Shown here: positions 1 to 8,564 of the stretch, one piece after another
Layout: each line of letters starts with the position of its first letter
Position numbering within the stretch: the first letter of the stretch is position 1
Source: an uncultured Clostridia bacterium
Lineage (GTDB): Bacteria > Bacillota > Clostridia > UBA1381
DNA length: 64,000 nt
Assembly (NCBI GenBank): GCA_944392335.1
Contig: CALXWJ010000005.1
Span: 9 to 64,008, forward strand
Reading direction: 5' to 3'
Translations under genes and position numbers: made by a program
The notes under the pieces: model-generated
What the model saw: only the letters and a program-made list of their open reading frames with translations
Database searches by the model: none
What the model was told of the DNA's origin: nothing

Positions 1-85
1 TGATTATTCTAATTATCGTTGCTGTGATAAAAAATGCAATCATTCTTTCTTCCAAGCCAAACCTACAGTAAAAATTCCACCTTCC

Positions 86-817
86 ATGTCTAACATCTTT
101 GGCAAAAATGACTTCAAGCGTATGCGACATAGCATTCATCTTGTTATTACTGCTCTTGTGATGTTCTACATAGGCGGTACTTCTTTCCGTAAGATCGCTT
201 TAAGCCTGAGACTGTTGTATAATATTAAAATCTCTCACGTCACTATCAGTGATTGGTGCAAAAAGTTTGCTCCTATCTTCCATACCAAAATGATTACTTT
301 AATGCCCGCTTTAGACTTTAACTCTAATGAGTGGCACGCTGATGAAACTGTTGTTAAAATCAAAGGTGTAAAGCATTATATCTGGTTTATTATTGACAGT
401 GAAACACGTTTTGTTTTAGGCTTTCATTTATCACCGCATAGAGATTCTCCTCAAGCCTTTTCTTTGTTTGATAGTGTAAAAGATTACGGGAAACCCAATT
501 CTATTGTTTCTGACCGTTATTCTGCTTACAAGGTACCAACAAAGTCAATATTTGGTGTTCGTCATATTCGTGTTGCAAGCTTCAAAGATGATATATCCAA
601 CAATGTTATTGAAGCCTTTAACAAACAGTTCAAATACTGGTACAAAACTCGTTATGGCTTTAATTCATTTGAAAGTGCTAACAGTATGATTATGATGTTT
701 GTTTTCTTTTACAACTTCATAAGACCTCACAGTTCACTTTCTAATCTAACCCCTGCTGAAGTTGCCGGTTTTAAATGTTCAGAACGTCAGCGAAACTCTT
801 TGCTACTCGTTAGCTGA
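86..817 (+). CDS. IS6-family DDE transposase
   Basis: 243-aa ORF. DDE-context motifs WHADETVVKIKG, IVSDRYSAYK and NNVIEAFNKQFK resemble IS6/IS26/IS257-type transposases. Terminal inverted repeats could not be located; the left end may lie outside the window. Confidence 0.85.
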   Translation: MSNIFGKNDFKRMRHSIHLVITALVMFYIGGTSFRKIALSLRLLYNIKISHVTISDWCKKFAPIFHTKMITLMPALDFNSNEWHADETVVKIKGVKHYIWFIIDSETRFVLGFHLSPHRDSPQAFSLFDSVKDYGKPNSIVSDRYSAYKVPTKSIFGVRHIRVASFKDDISNNVIEAFNKQFKYWYKTRYGFNSFESANSMIMMFVFFYNFIRPHSSLSNLTPAEVAGFKCSERQRNSLLLVS

Positions 818-1426
818 TTTTTGCCTTAATTAATATACAAATGGTCGCACTGTGATTTGTCATAGGGCGTGCTTTGGCACGTTCATTTTACCCTTGACAA
901 ATTTCAGTCGAGCATTTAAAAGCTATTTGGCAAAAATCGGCGGAATTTCGTGAAATCATTATGCTATTTTTTCATTTTAACTTTACAAAACTATCCGGAA
1001 AATTTTCCGGAATAAACCGGCTCATGGAATTACCCGGAGACTGTTTCAAATTGTACTTTTGAATAGTCTGCTTTAAATCGTTATACACAGACTGCATTTC
1101 CTTTTCAGATATTGTATCGAATGGCCTGATCCGGAAAAGTCTCTGCTGCTGATATAGAGTGCGAGCAATTTCCAGAACTCCAGAGGCACATCACCATCAA
1201 AATATCCGTTCACCATACCGTATGCTCGGATGCCTTCATTCTGGAAGCAACAAAATCAGCCTACTTTGCAATCCCGCCATTATTTATAATAATCTATTTA
1301 GCGTGTTCTCTGGTGTTCACGCATTCACCTTCTTTATAAAAATTCACGCTCTATATAAATTTATTATAACAGGTAAACTAATGAATTACAATAAAAATAC
1401 ACATTTTTTCAAAAAGTGTGTAAGAT

Positions 1427-1671
1427 TATAACCTAAGTGCAGATGCCCCCCGCCGTTATCGGCGGCGGGTTCTATATTTTAATCAGTGAGAGTTCAATCT
1501 CTCACTGATTACAGCGCAGGCGTTGCGTGTGTTCTTGTCCTCGCCCAAGACGGGGCAAGCCCCTTATTGAATCTCCCGCCGAAACCCTGAGGAGCTAACG
1601 CTCCCTGCACAGGTTGCAATCTGTCGCAATTTCTGCTCCTTGCAAGCAAAACAGGAGCGTTGCTCCGATTT
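1427..1671 (+). repeat. Structured intergenic repeat, copy 1 (long form: about 145-nt core 1427-1571 plus 100-nt 3' extension 1572-1671)
   Basis: Starts TATAAC. Contains hairpins CCGCCG-TTAT-CGGCGG and TAATCAGTGAGAG-TTCAAT-CTCTCACTGATTA plus the CTTGTCC..GGGGCAAG stem, and ends CCTTATTGAA. The extension is near-identical to 60456-60555. Confidence 0.9.
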
Positions 1672-1681
1672 GAAATATATG

Positions 1682-1710
1682 TTGCAAAATTAAATACTTT
1701 GCGCTATAAT
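1682..1710 (+). promoter_or_regulatory. Sigma-A-like promoter (TTGCAA-17 nt-TATAAT)
   Basis: Hexamers at 1682-1687 and 1705-1710 with a 17-nt spacer. Found by sequence inspection only. Confidence 0.4.
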
Positions 1711-2234
1711 ATATTTGATGATACAAATCTTTTTGCAAATATTTTGGCTTTGCAAACGATAGTGTTATCAATCCTGATAAAAATTTGATAACATTGCGTC
1801 AGATAAGGCGGATAATATGAATGATATCAAATAGTACAAATACGAGAGCAAATATCTCCTATATAAATTTGTTTAAGTTTTGGATTTGAACGAAGAGTGG
1901 GAATGATGTTAAAAATGAAATTTTCGGCTTAAGCATACGATGTTTGTGATGTTAGTATCTTGAGCGGCAACGTCTTGACGTATTTGAATTATTCATTAAG
2001 AAATAGCTAACTGATTTTTACCGGTTAGCTTTTAACATATGTGCCGAGCAAAGCTTTACATGGCTTTGGTGTTCCAAACGACAATCTCGATTGTTTCGTA
2101 TTTAGGGAAAACCTGATATCACAAAAATGAAAATAAGCTTTTTAAAATTTTTATTATTGCCTGCCATGTTTATTTTTAGCTGTTTATTGGAATATTATGG
2201 ATATGAGTTAAATAATAAAAAGGAGCTGCAAGCT

Positions 2235-5200
2235 ATGCTTCAGATTAAGCACATTTGTAAACAATATAAAACCGGAAGTTTGGTGCAGAATGCTTTAAAC
2301 AACGTCAGTCTGAATCTTCGTGATAATGAATTTGTGGCCATTCTTGGTCCAAGCGGTTCCGGAAAAACCACCCTGCTCAATATTATAGGAGGACTTGACC
2401 GTTACGACAGCGGAGACCTCATTATTAACTCAATCTCCACAAAAAAATACAAAGACAGGGATTGGGATTCTTACAGAAATCATACTATTGGTTTTGTTTT
2501 TCAAAGTTATAACCTGATCCCCCACCAGACGGTACTGTCCAATGTGGAGCTTGCCTTGACCATTTCCGGTGTATCCAAGGCTGAGAGGAAAAAACGGGCA
2601 AAACGGGCTTTAGAGCAGGTAGGGTTAGGGGAGCAGCTGTATAAGAAGCCCAATCAGATGTCAGGCGGTCAAATGCAGCGTGTCGCCATTGCACGAGCTC
2701 TTGTAAACGACCCGGATATTTTGCTTGCCGACGAGCCTACAGGCGCATTGGACAGCGAAACCAGCGTTCAGGTTATGGAATTATTGAAAGAGGTGGCAAA
2801 AGACCGCCTGGTTGTCATGGTGACCCACAATCCGGAGCTTGCCGAGCGTTATGCTACAAGGATCGTGAATCTGAAAGATGGAACAATCCGTTCGGACACT
2901 GATCCATATGAGGTCAACGAGACCGATCAAAGTGCACCTGTCCATAAGAATATGGGAAAATCGTCAATGTCTTTGCTGACAGCGCTTTCCCTCAGCTTTA
3001 ACAATCTGCGGACGAAAAAGGCCAGGACAATTCTGACCTCCTTTGCAGGCTCTATCGGCATTATTGGAATTGCCTTGATCTTATCGATCTCCAATGGTGT
3101 AAACGGCTATATTAAAACGTTGGAAGAAGACACGCTTTCTGAGTACCCGCTTCAAATTCAAAACTCAACCATGGACCTTGCCTCCATGATGTCCGGCTCT
3201 TCTGCAAGCCGATCAGAAGACAGAATTGGAGAGGTCACGGTTTCCCAAACGTTGAGCAATATGTTCTCAAAGGTGGAACCCAATGACTTGGAATCTCTAA
3301 AACAATATTTTGACAGCGGCAGCAGTGGAATAGAACCATATACAAAGGCAATTGAGTATTCTTATAACATAGCGCCTCAAATTTTCAGCGTAGATGATGA
3401 CAGTGTCCGGCAGGTAAACCCCGACCGATCTTTTTCTGCATTGGGCATTGGCACAGATTCCGGAAGCTTCATGTCCTCACTGATGAATACGGATGTATTT
3501 TATCAAATGCCTGAGAACACAGAATTGTTTCGGGAGCAGTACGACGTAAAGGCCGGGCGCTGGCCGCAGAGTTATAATGAATGTGTGGTCGTCCTTTCTT
3601 CCAACGGCAGTGTCAGCGATTTTATGCTGTATACGCTGGGGCTTAGAGACCATATCGAATTGGATGAAATGATCCGGTCATTTCTTGAGGATGAAGCAGT
3701 AGATGCACCGGAAAATATGGGCTCGTACCGGTATGATGATTTCCTTGGCATCACTTTCAAATTGGTAAATGTATCGGATTATTATGAATATGACAATAGC
3801 TATAATGTGTGGAAGGATAAGTCGGATGATAAAACGTATATCCGGAATTTGGTCAGCAGCGGCGAAAACATTTCTATTGTTGGCGTAGTGCAGCCTGCGC
3901 AAGATGCCTCGGCCGCTATGCTCAGCATGGGTATTGCGTATCCGGCTTCTTTGACAGAACATATAGTGGAGCAAGCCGCAGTCAGCCCGATCGTTCAGGA
4001 ACAGATGCAAAATCCCGACATCAACGTGCTGACGGACAGCTCCTTTGGTGAGGACAGCCAACAGAGCCGTTTTGATGTAAACACTCTGTTTACAATTGAC
4101 GAAGATGCTTTGAAGAATGCGTTTTCATTTGATACCAACGTATTGAATGTTGATCTGTCGGACTATTTGGATATGGACAGCAGTTCTCTAAACCTGTCTG
4201 ATATGATTGATTTTGATAATATTACTTTTGATTTATCGGATTTGCCGGAGACGGACTTGGGCGATCTCATGGGGCAATTGGAACTTTCCATCTCACCTAA
4301 AGAGATTCAGCAGCTTGCGGCCGATCTCTTTCAAGGATATGATTCTTATGTATCAGAACATCCGGAGGCGGACTATTCCAGACTGAATGAATATTTCATA
4401 GCATATTTGCAAACGCCGCAGGTGCAACAGAGCATAAAAGACGAAATTGGACAAATTATCCAATCGGAAGCGGATGTGACCGTATTTCCGGAACAGCTGC
4501 AGATGTTGATACAGGATATTATGTCCGGATTCCGGGAGTATGCGTCTGCTAACGGGCTGACCGATCCGAAGCACTTTGGCGAATATCTGACAGAGTATTT
4601 GCAAACACCTGAAGTACAACAAAAGATCACAGAGGGCGCCGCTGATATTTTGCAGATAAGCGGCGATATTACGGCTTTTTCAGAGCAAATGCAGTTGTTG
4701 GTCAGCAATATTGTGACCGGCTATCAGGAATATGCCGCCGCGAATCAACTTCCAGACCCCAGAAAAATGGGTGAACATTTTGCCGCCTATTTAGAGACGT
4801 CGCAGGCCCGGCAGCAGATTGCCGATGGAACGGCCTCTCTTCTGGATATGGAAGCATTGCAGGCACAGATTTCCAATGTGTTAAGCGGTGTGCCCTCTTA
4901 CACCAATGCGATGACTCAGGCGATGCAAAATCAAATTTCCTCCGTTATGCATCAGGTAATGGGACAAATGTCGGCAAGTATGGGAAGTACTATACAGCAG
5001 GCGATGGGTCAATTGGAAAGCAATATGGAAAATGCTTTTCAATTTGACACAGACGCCTTTGCCGATGCCATCCGGATGAATATGAGTGAAGGCGAACTGG
5101 CCCAACTGCTGCGTTCGCTTATGTCCGGTGAAGATACGTCCTATAACACAAATCTAAGAAGCTTCGGGTATGCCGATTTAAAGAACCCAAGTCAAATCTC

Positions 5201-5762
5201 TATTTATCCGTATGATTTTGAGAGCAAGGCGGCTATCACTGAAATTCTTGATAATTATAACAGCCTCATGGAAGCACAGGGAGATGAAGGCAAGATGATC
5301 AGCTATACGGATATAGTGGGGACACTGATGTCCTCCGTAACTAAAATCGTGGACACTATCTCTTATGTCTTGGTTGCGTTTGTTGCGATTTCGCTTGTTG
5401 TGTCGTCTATTATGATAGGTGTCATTACTTATATCAGCGTTTTGGAGAGGAAAAAGGAAATAGGTATTCTGCGTGCCATCGGTGCATCTAAACAAAATGT
5501 TTCGCAAGTATTCAATGCGGAAACCTTTATTATTGGCTTGTGTGCCGGCGTAATCGGTATTGGGCTGACGTTGATCCTTTTGGTCCCGGGAAATGCTCTC
5601 ATACATTCTCTTGCCGGGACAACTAATATCAATGCATCGCTCCCTGCTGCTTATGGAGCTATTCTGATTGTACTCAGTGTGGTTTTGACACTGATCGGCG
5701 GTCTGATCCCATCCAAAAAAGCGGCCAAGAGCGATCCGGTCACAGCATTGAGGGCAGAATAA
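2235..5762 (+). CDS. Fused ABC ATPase / FtsX-type (MacB-like) permease with a very large extracytoplasmic domain
   Basis: Walker A GPSGSGKTT, signature MSGGQMQR and Walker B ILLADEPT, followed by TM1, a soluble region of about 760 aa, and three C-terminal FtsX-like TM helices. Start moved from the ORF-track 2127 to ATG 2235 (MLQIKHI...) behind RBS AAAGGAG. Confidence 0.85.
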   Translation: MLQIKHICKQYKTGSLVQNALNNVSLNLRDNEFVAILGPSGSGKTTLLNIIGGLDRYDSGDLIINSISTKKYKDRDWDSYRNHTIGFVFQSYNLIPHQTVLSNVELALTISGVSKAERKKRAKRALEQVGLGEQLYKKPNQMSGGQMQRVAIARALVNDPDILLADEPTGALDSETSVQVMELLKEVAKDRLVVMVTHNPELAERYATRIVNLKDGTIRSDTDPYEVNETDQSAPVHKNMGKSSMSLLTALSLSFNNLRTKKARTILTSFAGSIGIIGIALILSISNGVNGYIKTLEEDTLSEYPLQIQNSTMDLASMMSGSSASRSEDRIGEVTVSQTLSNMFSKVEPNDLESLKQYFDSGSSGIEPYTKAIEYSYNIAPQIFSVDDDSVRQVNPDRSFSALGIGTDSGSFMSSLMNTDVFYQMPENTELFREQYDVKAGRWPQSYNECVVVLSSNGSVSDFMLYTLGLRDHIELDEMIRSFLEDEAVDAPENMGSYRYDDFLGITFKLVNVSDYYEYDNSYNVWKDKSDDKTYIRNLVSSGENISIVGVVQPAQDASAAMLSMGIAYPASLTEHIVEQAAVSPIVQEQMQNPDINVLTDSSFGEDSQQSRFDVNTLFTIDEDALKNAFSFDTNVLNVDLSDYLDMDSSSLNLSDMIDFDNITFDLSDLPETDLGDLMGQLELSISPKEIQQLAADLFQGYDSYVSEHPEADYSRLNEYFIAYLQTPQVQQSIKDEIGQIIQSEADVTVFPEQLQMLIQDIMSGFREYASANGLTDPKHFGEYLTEYLQTPEVQQKITEGAADILQISGDITAFSEQMQLLVSNIVTGYQEYAAANQLPDPRKMGEHFAAYLETSQARQQIADGTASLLDMEALQAQISNVLSGVPSYTNAMTQAMQNQISSVMHQVMGQMSASMGSTIQQAMGQLESNMENAFQFDTDAFADAIRMNMSEGELAQLLRSLMSGEDTSYNTNLRSFGYADLKNPSQISIYPYDFESKAAITEILDNYNSLMEAQGDEGKMISYTDIVGTLMSSVTKIVDTISYVLVAFVAISLVVSSIMIGVITYISVLERKKEIGILRAIGASKQNVSQVFNAETFIIGLCAGVIGIGLTLILLVPGNALIHSLAGTTNINASLPAAYGAILIVLSVVLTLIGGLIPSKKAAKSDPVTALRAE

Positions 5763-5780
5763 AAAGGAGGAGTGTGTACT

Positions 5781-7028
5781 ATGGCTTATAATGAGCTTAT
5801 AAAGAATTTTGAAAAGGTCAGAACATATATGCGTGAGTTTTATGTGTATGGCTTCAAGAGTAGAACTGAATATGATGCCAAAAGCGCACGCTCCTATGAT
5901 GATGAGCGTCGCCGGCTTGAGAGCTGGCTGGGAGACTATATGCGCTTTACTCAAACTGCTGAAGGTAAAAATGTCTTCTTATCGGTTGACAGCCGTGTCA
6001 CTCGAAAGAATCCCTTTTATAAAGCGTGGAAAGCAAAGAGCTTTACGGATGGAGATATCGCACTGCACTTTGCGATCTTTGATATCCTGTATACACCGGA
6101 AATCAAGAAAACTCTTACTGAGCTTATTGAGGAAATCGACGAGCGTCTGTCCTTGGGAATGACCTTTGATGAATCTACCCTCAGAAAGAAACTGAAGGAG
6201 TATGCCGGGGAGGGTATCATTCAGATTGAAAAAGAGGGACGTAAGGTTTTATACAGCAGAAGCCCGGATACCGATATTTCGGCGTTGGACGATGTGATTG
6301 ACTTTTTCAGCGAGGTGGCTCCCTGCGGAGTTATCGGTTCTTTCCTGCAGGACAAGCGTCCCGAACACGATGAGCTATTCTCGTTCAAGCATCATTACTT
6401 AACTCAGGCTATGGACAGTGATGTGATGGCAGAACTCTTTGAGGCGATCCATGAGCACAGATACATTACCATCGACAATCTGGAAAAGCGCTCGGGCAAA
6501 GTGAGGGCAATTTGCCTGGTACCTCTCAAAATCTTTATAAGTGCTCAGAACGGCCGCCAGAATCTGATTGCATTCCATGAGAAAACTAACCGCCTTAACT
6601 CATACCGATTGGATCATATATACAATGTCCGGATCGAGAACGAGACCTGTGAGAAGTTTGATGATTTGCGGGAGGCTCTTTGCAAGGCGGAATGTTATAT
6701 GTGGGGTGTGAATGGCAAATGGAACATTAAGCATGCGGAACATGTGGAGTTTGAAATCAAGATCGAAGACGACGAGCAATTCATAGTTCGCAGATTAGAG
6801 CGTGAGAAGCGATGCGGCCGTATTGAAAAAATTGACGGGAATCATTATCGTTACATAGCGGATGTGTTTGACACAACGGAAATGCTGCCATGGATTCGTA
6901 CCTTTATTTCTCGTATTACAAAAATGAACTTTTCTAACCGGACAGCTGAGAACAAATTTAAGTCTGACATCCGGGAAATGTATCGTATGTACGGTATTGA
7001 CGGAGGTGACGATCATGATATTCAGTGA
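5781..7028 (+). CDS. WYL-domain transcriptional regulator (HTH-WYL-WCX architecture), paralog 1
   Basis: WYL-like segment VPLKIFISAQNGRQNLIAFHEKTNRLNSYRLDHIYNV followed by a C-terminal WCX-like domain. ATG 5781 lies 10 nt after GGAGG and 18 nt after the ABC stop codon. Confidence 0.7.
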   Translation: MAYNELIKNFEKVRTYMREFYVYGFKSRTEYDAKSARSYDDERRRLESWLGDYMRFTQTAEGKNVFLSVDSRVTRKNPFYKAWKAKSFTDGDIALHFAIFDILYTPEIKKTLTELIEEIDERLSLGMTFDESTLRKKLKEYAGEGIIQIEKEGRKVLYSRSPDTDISALDDVIDFFSEVAPCGVIGSFLQDKRPEHDELFSFKHHYLTQAMDSDVMAELFEAIHEHRYITIDNLEKRSGKVRAICLVPLKIFISAQNGRQNLIAFHEKTNRLNSYRLDHIYNVRIENETCEKFDDLREALCKAECYMWGVNGKWNIKHAEHVEFEIKIEDDEQFIVRRLEREKRCGRIEKIDGNHYRYIADVFDTTEMLPWIRTFISRITKMNFSNRTAENKFKSDIREMYRMYGIDGGDDHDIQ

Positions 7029-7923
7029 GTTATACTCTGCCTATTATAATACGGTTGCAAAAATTATTGAGGCATCATTTGATCCGGAGGCTACAGAGAA
7101 AGACCTTCAGATGTGCGTTGTCAAGGAGGCTTTCTCTGAAAGTGTGCTGACCATTTTACCTGCATTGAAATCGGGTAAATGGCCGTTGCTGAAAGAAGAC
7201 CTTTCTCCTGTTCTGCTCCATAAGCCGACAATGCCGCTGACTATCCTTGAAAAGCGATGGCTAAAAGCGATTGCTGATGATCCGAGAGTAAAGCTGTTTG
7301 GTATTGAGTTTCCTGAGTTGGATGATGTAGAGCCTCTTTTCACAAGGGATGATTACAAAATTTATGATCAGTATGCGGATGGGGATCCTTTCGAGGATGA
7401 GAGCTACATCAGGAATTTCCGGCTGATGCTCTCGGCGATCAAGAATGACCGTCCCGTTAGAATCACAATAATGAACAGACACGGAAAAGAAGTGCGGGTC
7501 CGGTTCTATCCCAAGGGCTTTGAATATTCCGTAAAGGATGACAAGCTCCGTATAATTGCCACAGGATGCAAATTCAAGCAGTTCAACCTGGGAAGAGTGG
7601 TAAGCTGTGATTTCTACAATGGATATGGCCCGTGGAGAGAGAAGCCGCGGGTTGAATGCCGGAAGGAGCTTACCTTGCTGATAACAAATGAGCGTAATGC
7701 GCTGGAAAGAGCGATGCTCCACTTTGCGCATTTTGAAAAGCAGGCTGAACGCCTTGAGGACAATAAGTACATACTGCGTTTGAAGTATTATGAAAATGAT
7801 GAAACCGAAATCGTTATTCGTGTGCTTTCATTCGGACCATATGTGAAGGTTTTAGAGCCTCAAAGCTTCGTAAATTTAATAAAAGAACGATTGATTTCTC
7901 AAAAAAGTTGCGAATTAAGATGA
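7015..7923 (+). CDS. WYL-domain protein, paralog 2 (PafB/PafC-like pairing)
   Basis: WYL-like segment VRVRFYPKGFEYSVKDDKLRIIATGCKFKQFNLGRVVSCD plus a WCX-like C-terminus. ATG 7015 follows GGAGG and overlaps the upstream gene by 14 nt. Confidence 0.65.
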   Translation: MIFSELYSAYYNTVAKIIEASFDPEATEKDLQMCVVKEAFSESVLTILPALKSGKWPLLKEDLSPVLLHKPTMPLTILEKRWLKAIADDPRVKLFGIEFPELDDVEPLFTRDDYKIYDQYADGDPFEDESYIRNFRLMLSAIKNDRPVRITIMNRHGKEVRVRFYPKGFEYSVKDDKLRIIATGCKFKQFNLGRVVSCDFYNGYGPWREKPRVECRKELTLLITNERNALERAMLHFAHFEKQAERLEDNKYILRLKYYENDETEIVIRVLSFGPYVKVLEPQSFVNLIKERLISQKSCELR

Positions 7924-7939
7924 GTTCGCAACTTTTTTT
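7907..7939 (+). terminator. Intrinsic terminator after the WYL pair
   Basis: GTTGCGAA-loop-(G)TTCGCAAC hairpin followed by T7. It overlaps the stop codon of the second WYL gene. Confidence 0.7.
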
Positions 7940-7941
7940 CC

Positions 7942-7970
7942 GTGAAATAAAAGGTTATGATCTGTATAAT
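7942..7970 (+). promoter_or_regulatory. Candidate promoter of the ncRNA-array/rtcB transcript (GTGAAA-17 nt-TATAAT)
   Basis: Perfect -10 at 7965-7970 preceded by TG. The -35 at 7942-7947 is weak. Confidence 0.4.
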
Positions 7971-8012
7971 AATAGTCGTAAGATGCAGACAACAAATGGC
8001 AGCCACGTGCAG

Positions 8013-8100
8013 AAGGTACTTACAGCAATCCTTCCAATCACAGAGAAGAATTAAAGATATTTGGAGTCGGCGGGCAAAAGTCCGTTAAAGAATGTACCTT
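8013..8100 (+). ncRNA. Stem-closed RNA module A (Y-RNA-like candidate)
   Basis: Closing stem AAGGTAC (8013-8019) / GTACCTT (8094-8100). The 5' arm is followed by the ACAGCAAT box shared with modules C, D and E. Confidence 0.4.
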
Positions 8101-8108
8101 GTTGTTAA

Positions 8109-8188
8109 AGATGCATACAAAAACCGTAGTCAATGATGACACGCTTCTCCTTGAGTTGGCGTGAGGGTGATGCCGAAAGACTGCATCT
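8109..8188 (+). ncRNA. Stem-closed RNA module B
   Basis: Closing stem AGATGCA / TGCATCT and internal hairpin CACGC..GCGTG followed by a GAGGGTGATG box also present in module D. 8181-8188 can alternatively pair with 7981-7988. Confidence 0.35.
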
Positions 8189-8191
8189 GAA

Positions 8192-8286
8192 AAGGCACCG
8201 ACAGCAATGACGAATAGCTAAGTGGTTATAGCAGGCGGTTTATATCCGTCCCTCGCGGGTCCGAATCCCGCTTCAAATGGTGCCTT
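8192..8286 (+). ncRNA. tRNA-mimic RNA module C (YrlA-like candidate)
   Basis: Closing stem AAGGCACC / GGTGCCTT with an ACAGCAAT box. Contains a D-arm-like GCTA-AGTGGTTA-TAGC, an anticodon-arm-like GGCGG-TTTATAT-CCGTC, and a T-arm GCGGG-TCCGAAT-CCCGC (8255-8271). The acceptor-like region pairs by only 3 bp and there is no CCA. Confidence 0.6.
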
Positions 8287-8295
8287 GTTTTATAA

Positions 8296-8413
8296 AAGAC
8301 GCGAACAGCAATTACATATTTTATATTACTGAATATTGACCTGATGACCGGTACTTGCTTTCGGGGCAAGCGAGGGTGATGTAAATGTCATCACATGTAA
8401 AAAAGCGCGTCTT
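8296..8413 (+). ncRNA. Stem-closed RNA module D
   Basis: Closing stem AAGACGCG / CGCGTCTT with an ACAGCAAT box. Internal hairpins CTTGC..GCAAG and GTGATG-TAAATGT-CATCAC, plus a GAGGGTGATG box. Confidence 0.45.
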
Positions 8414-8420
8414 GTAATTA

Positions 8421-8533
8421 AAGGCATCTACAGCAATGAATTGGAAAGATATGTCGGAGCACATCCATTGCCGCGATCGGTAACACTTGACACCGACGAA
8501 CTATTATACGGGTTCAAATCCCGGTGATGCCTT
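8421..8533 (+). ncRNA. tRNA-mimic RNA module E (YrlA-like candidate)
   Basis: Closing stem AAGGCATC / GATGCCTT with an ACAGCAAT box. Canonical T-arm CGGG-TTCAAAT-CCCG (8509-8523) sits directly before the 3' strand of the closing stem. The module ends 31 nt before the rtcB ATG. Confidence 0.6.
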
Positions 8534-8564
8534 GCAGAAAAAATGTGCAGAAAGGAGCAGCACA

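Noticed and set aside
1-85. Left terminal inverted repeat of the IS6-family element.
   Set aside because: I could not find a convincing inverted match between the sequence upstream of the transposase and the 100-150 nt downstream of its stop codon. The left end may be outside the window.
972-1210. Minus-strand gene remnant between the IS6 transposase and repeat copy 1 (..YFDGDVPLEFWKLLALY.. then, after a frameshift, ..PFDTISEKEMQSVYNDLKQTIQKYNLKQSPGNSMSRFIPENFPDSFVKLK*).
   Set aside because: It looks like the frameshifted C-terminus of a protein, but I cannot assign a family or an N-terminus. It is too uncertain to report as a feature.
1159-1431. 90-aa plus-strand ORF in the ORF track.
   Set aside because: It has no RBS, odd composition and overlaps the decayed region. 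It is probably spurious.
1884-1893. 10-nt match (GGATTTGAAC) to the T-arm region of tRNA-Pro, considered as a possible distal att site of a 43-kb island.
   Set aside because: A 10-mer match is expected by chance at appreciable frequency in 128 kb of two-strand sequence. The flanking bases do not match, and the enclosed region contains A+T-rich core-like segments.
2127-2234. Hydrophobic 36-aa N-terminal extension of the ABC protein in the ORF track.
   Set aside because: ATG 2235 is preceded by AAAGGAG and gives the usual MLxIKxL.. ABC ATPase start. The extension has no RBS.
5178-5954. 258-aa minus-strand ORF overlapping the end of the ABC gene and the start of the first WYL gene.
   Set aside because: It is antisense to two well-supported genes, has a low-complexity composition and matches no recognisable family. 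The same reasoning applies to other long antisense ORFs: 7261-7731, 27086-27781, 34559-35065, 35778-36434, 36456-36938, 37354-37866, 42047-42592, 43570-44136, 47718-48332 and 56069-56566.
8192-8286. Module C as a genuine tRNA gene (D-arm, anticodon-arm and T-arm all present, anticodon-like TAT).
   Set aside because: The acceptor region pairs by only about 3 bp and is interrupted by the ACAGCAAT box. There is no discriminator/CCA, and the outer stem is 8 bp of non-tRNA type. It fits a tRNA mimic rather than a decoding tRNA.
7977-8540. CRISPR array or other regularly spaced repeat, considering both the leader modules and the dispersed repeats.
   Set aside because: The shared boxes are only 8-10 nt. 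Units are 80-118 nt and differ in content. There are no identical direct repeats with unique spacers and no cas genes.
8487-8564. N-terminal 26-codon extension of the RtcB ORF given in the ORF track (start at 8487).
   Set aside because: It has no ATG or RBS and runs through the tRNA-like T-arm and closing stem of RNA module E. ATG 8565 has a good RBS and gives the canonical MFEIKG.. RtcB N-terminus.
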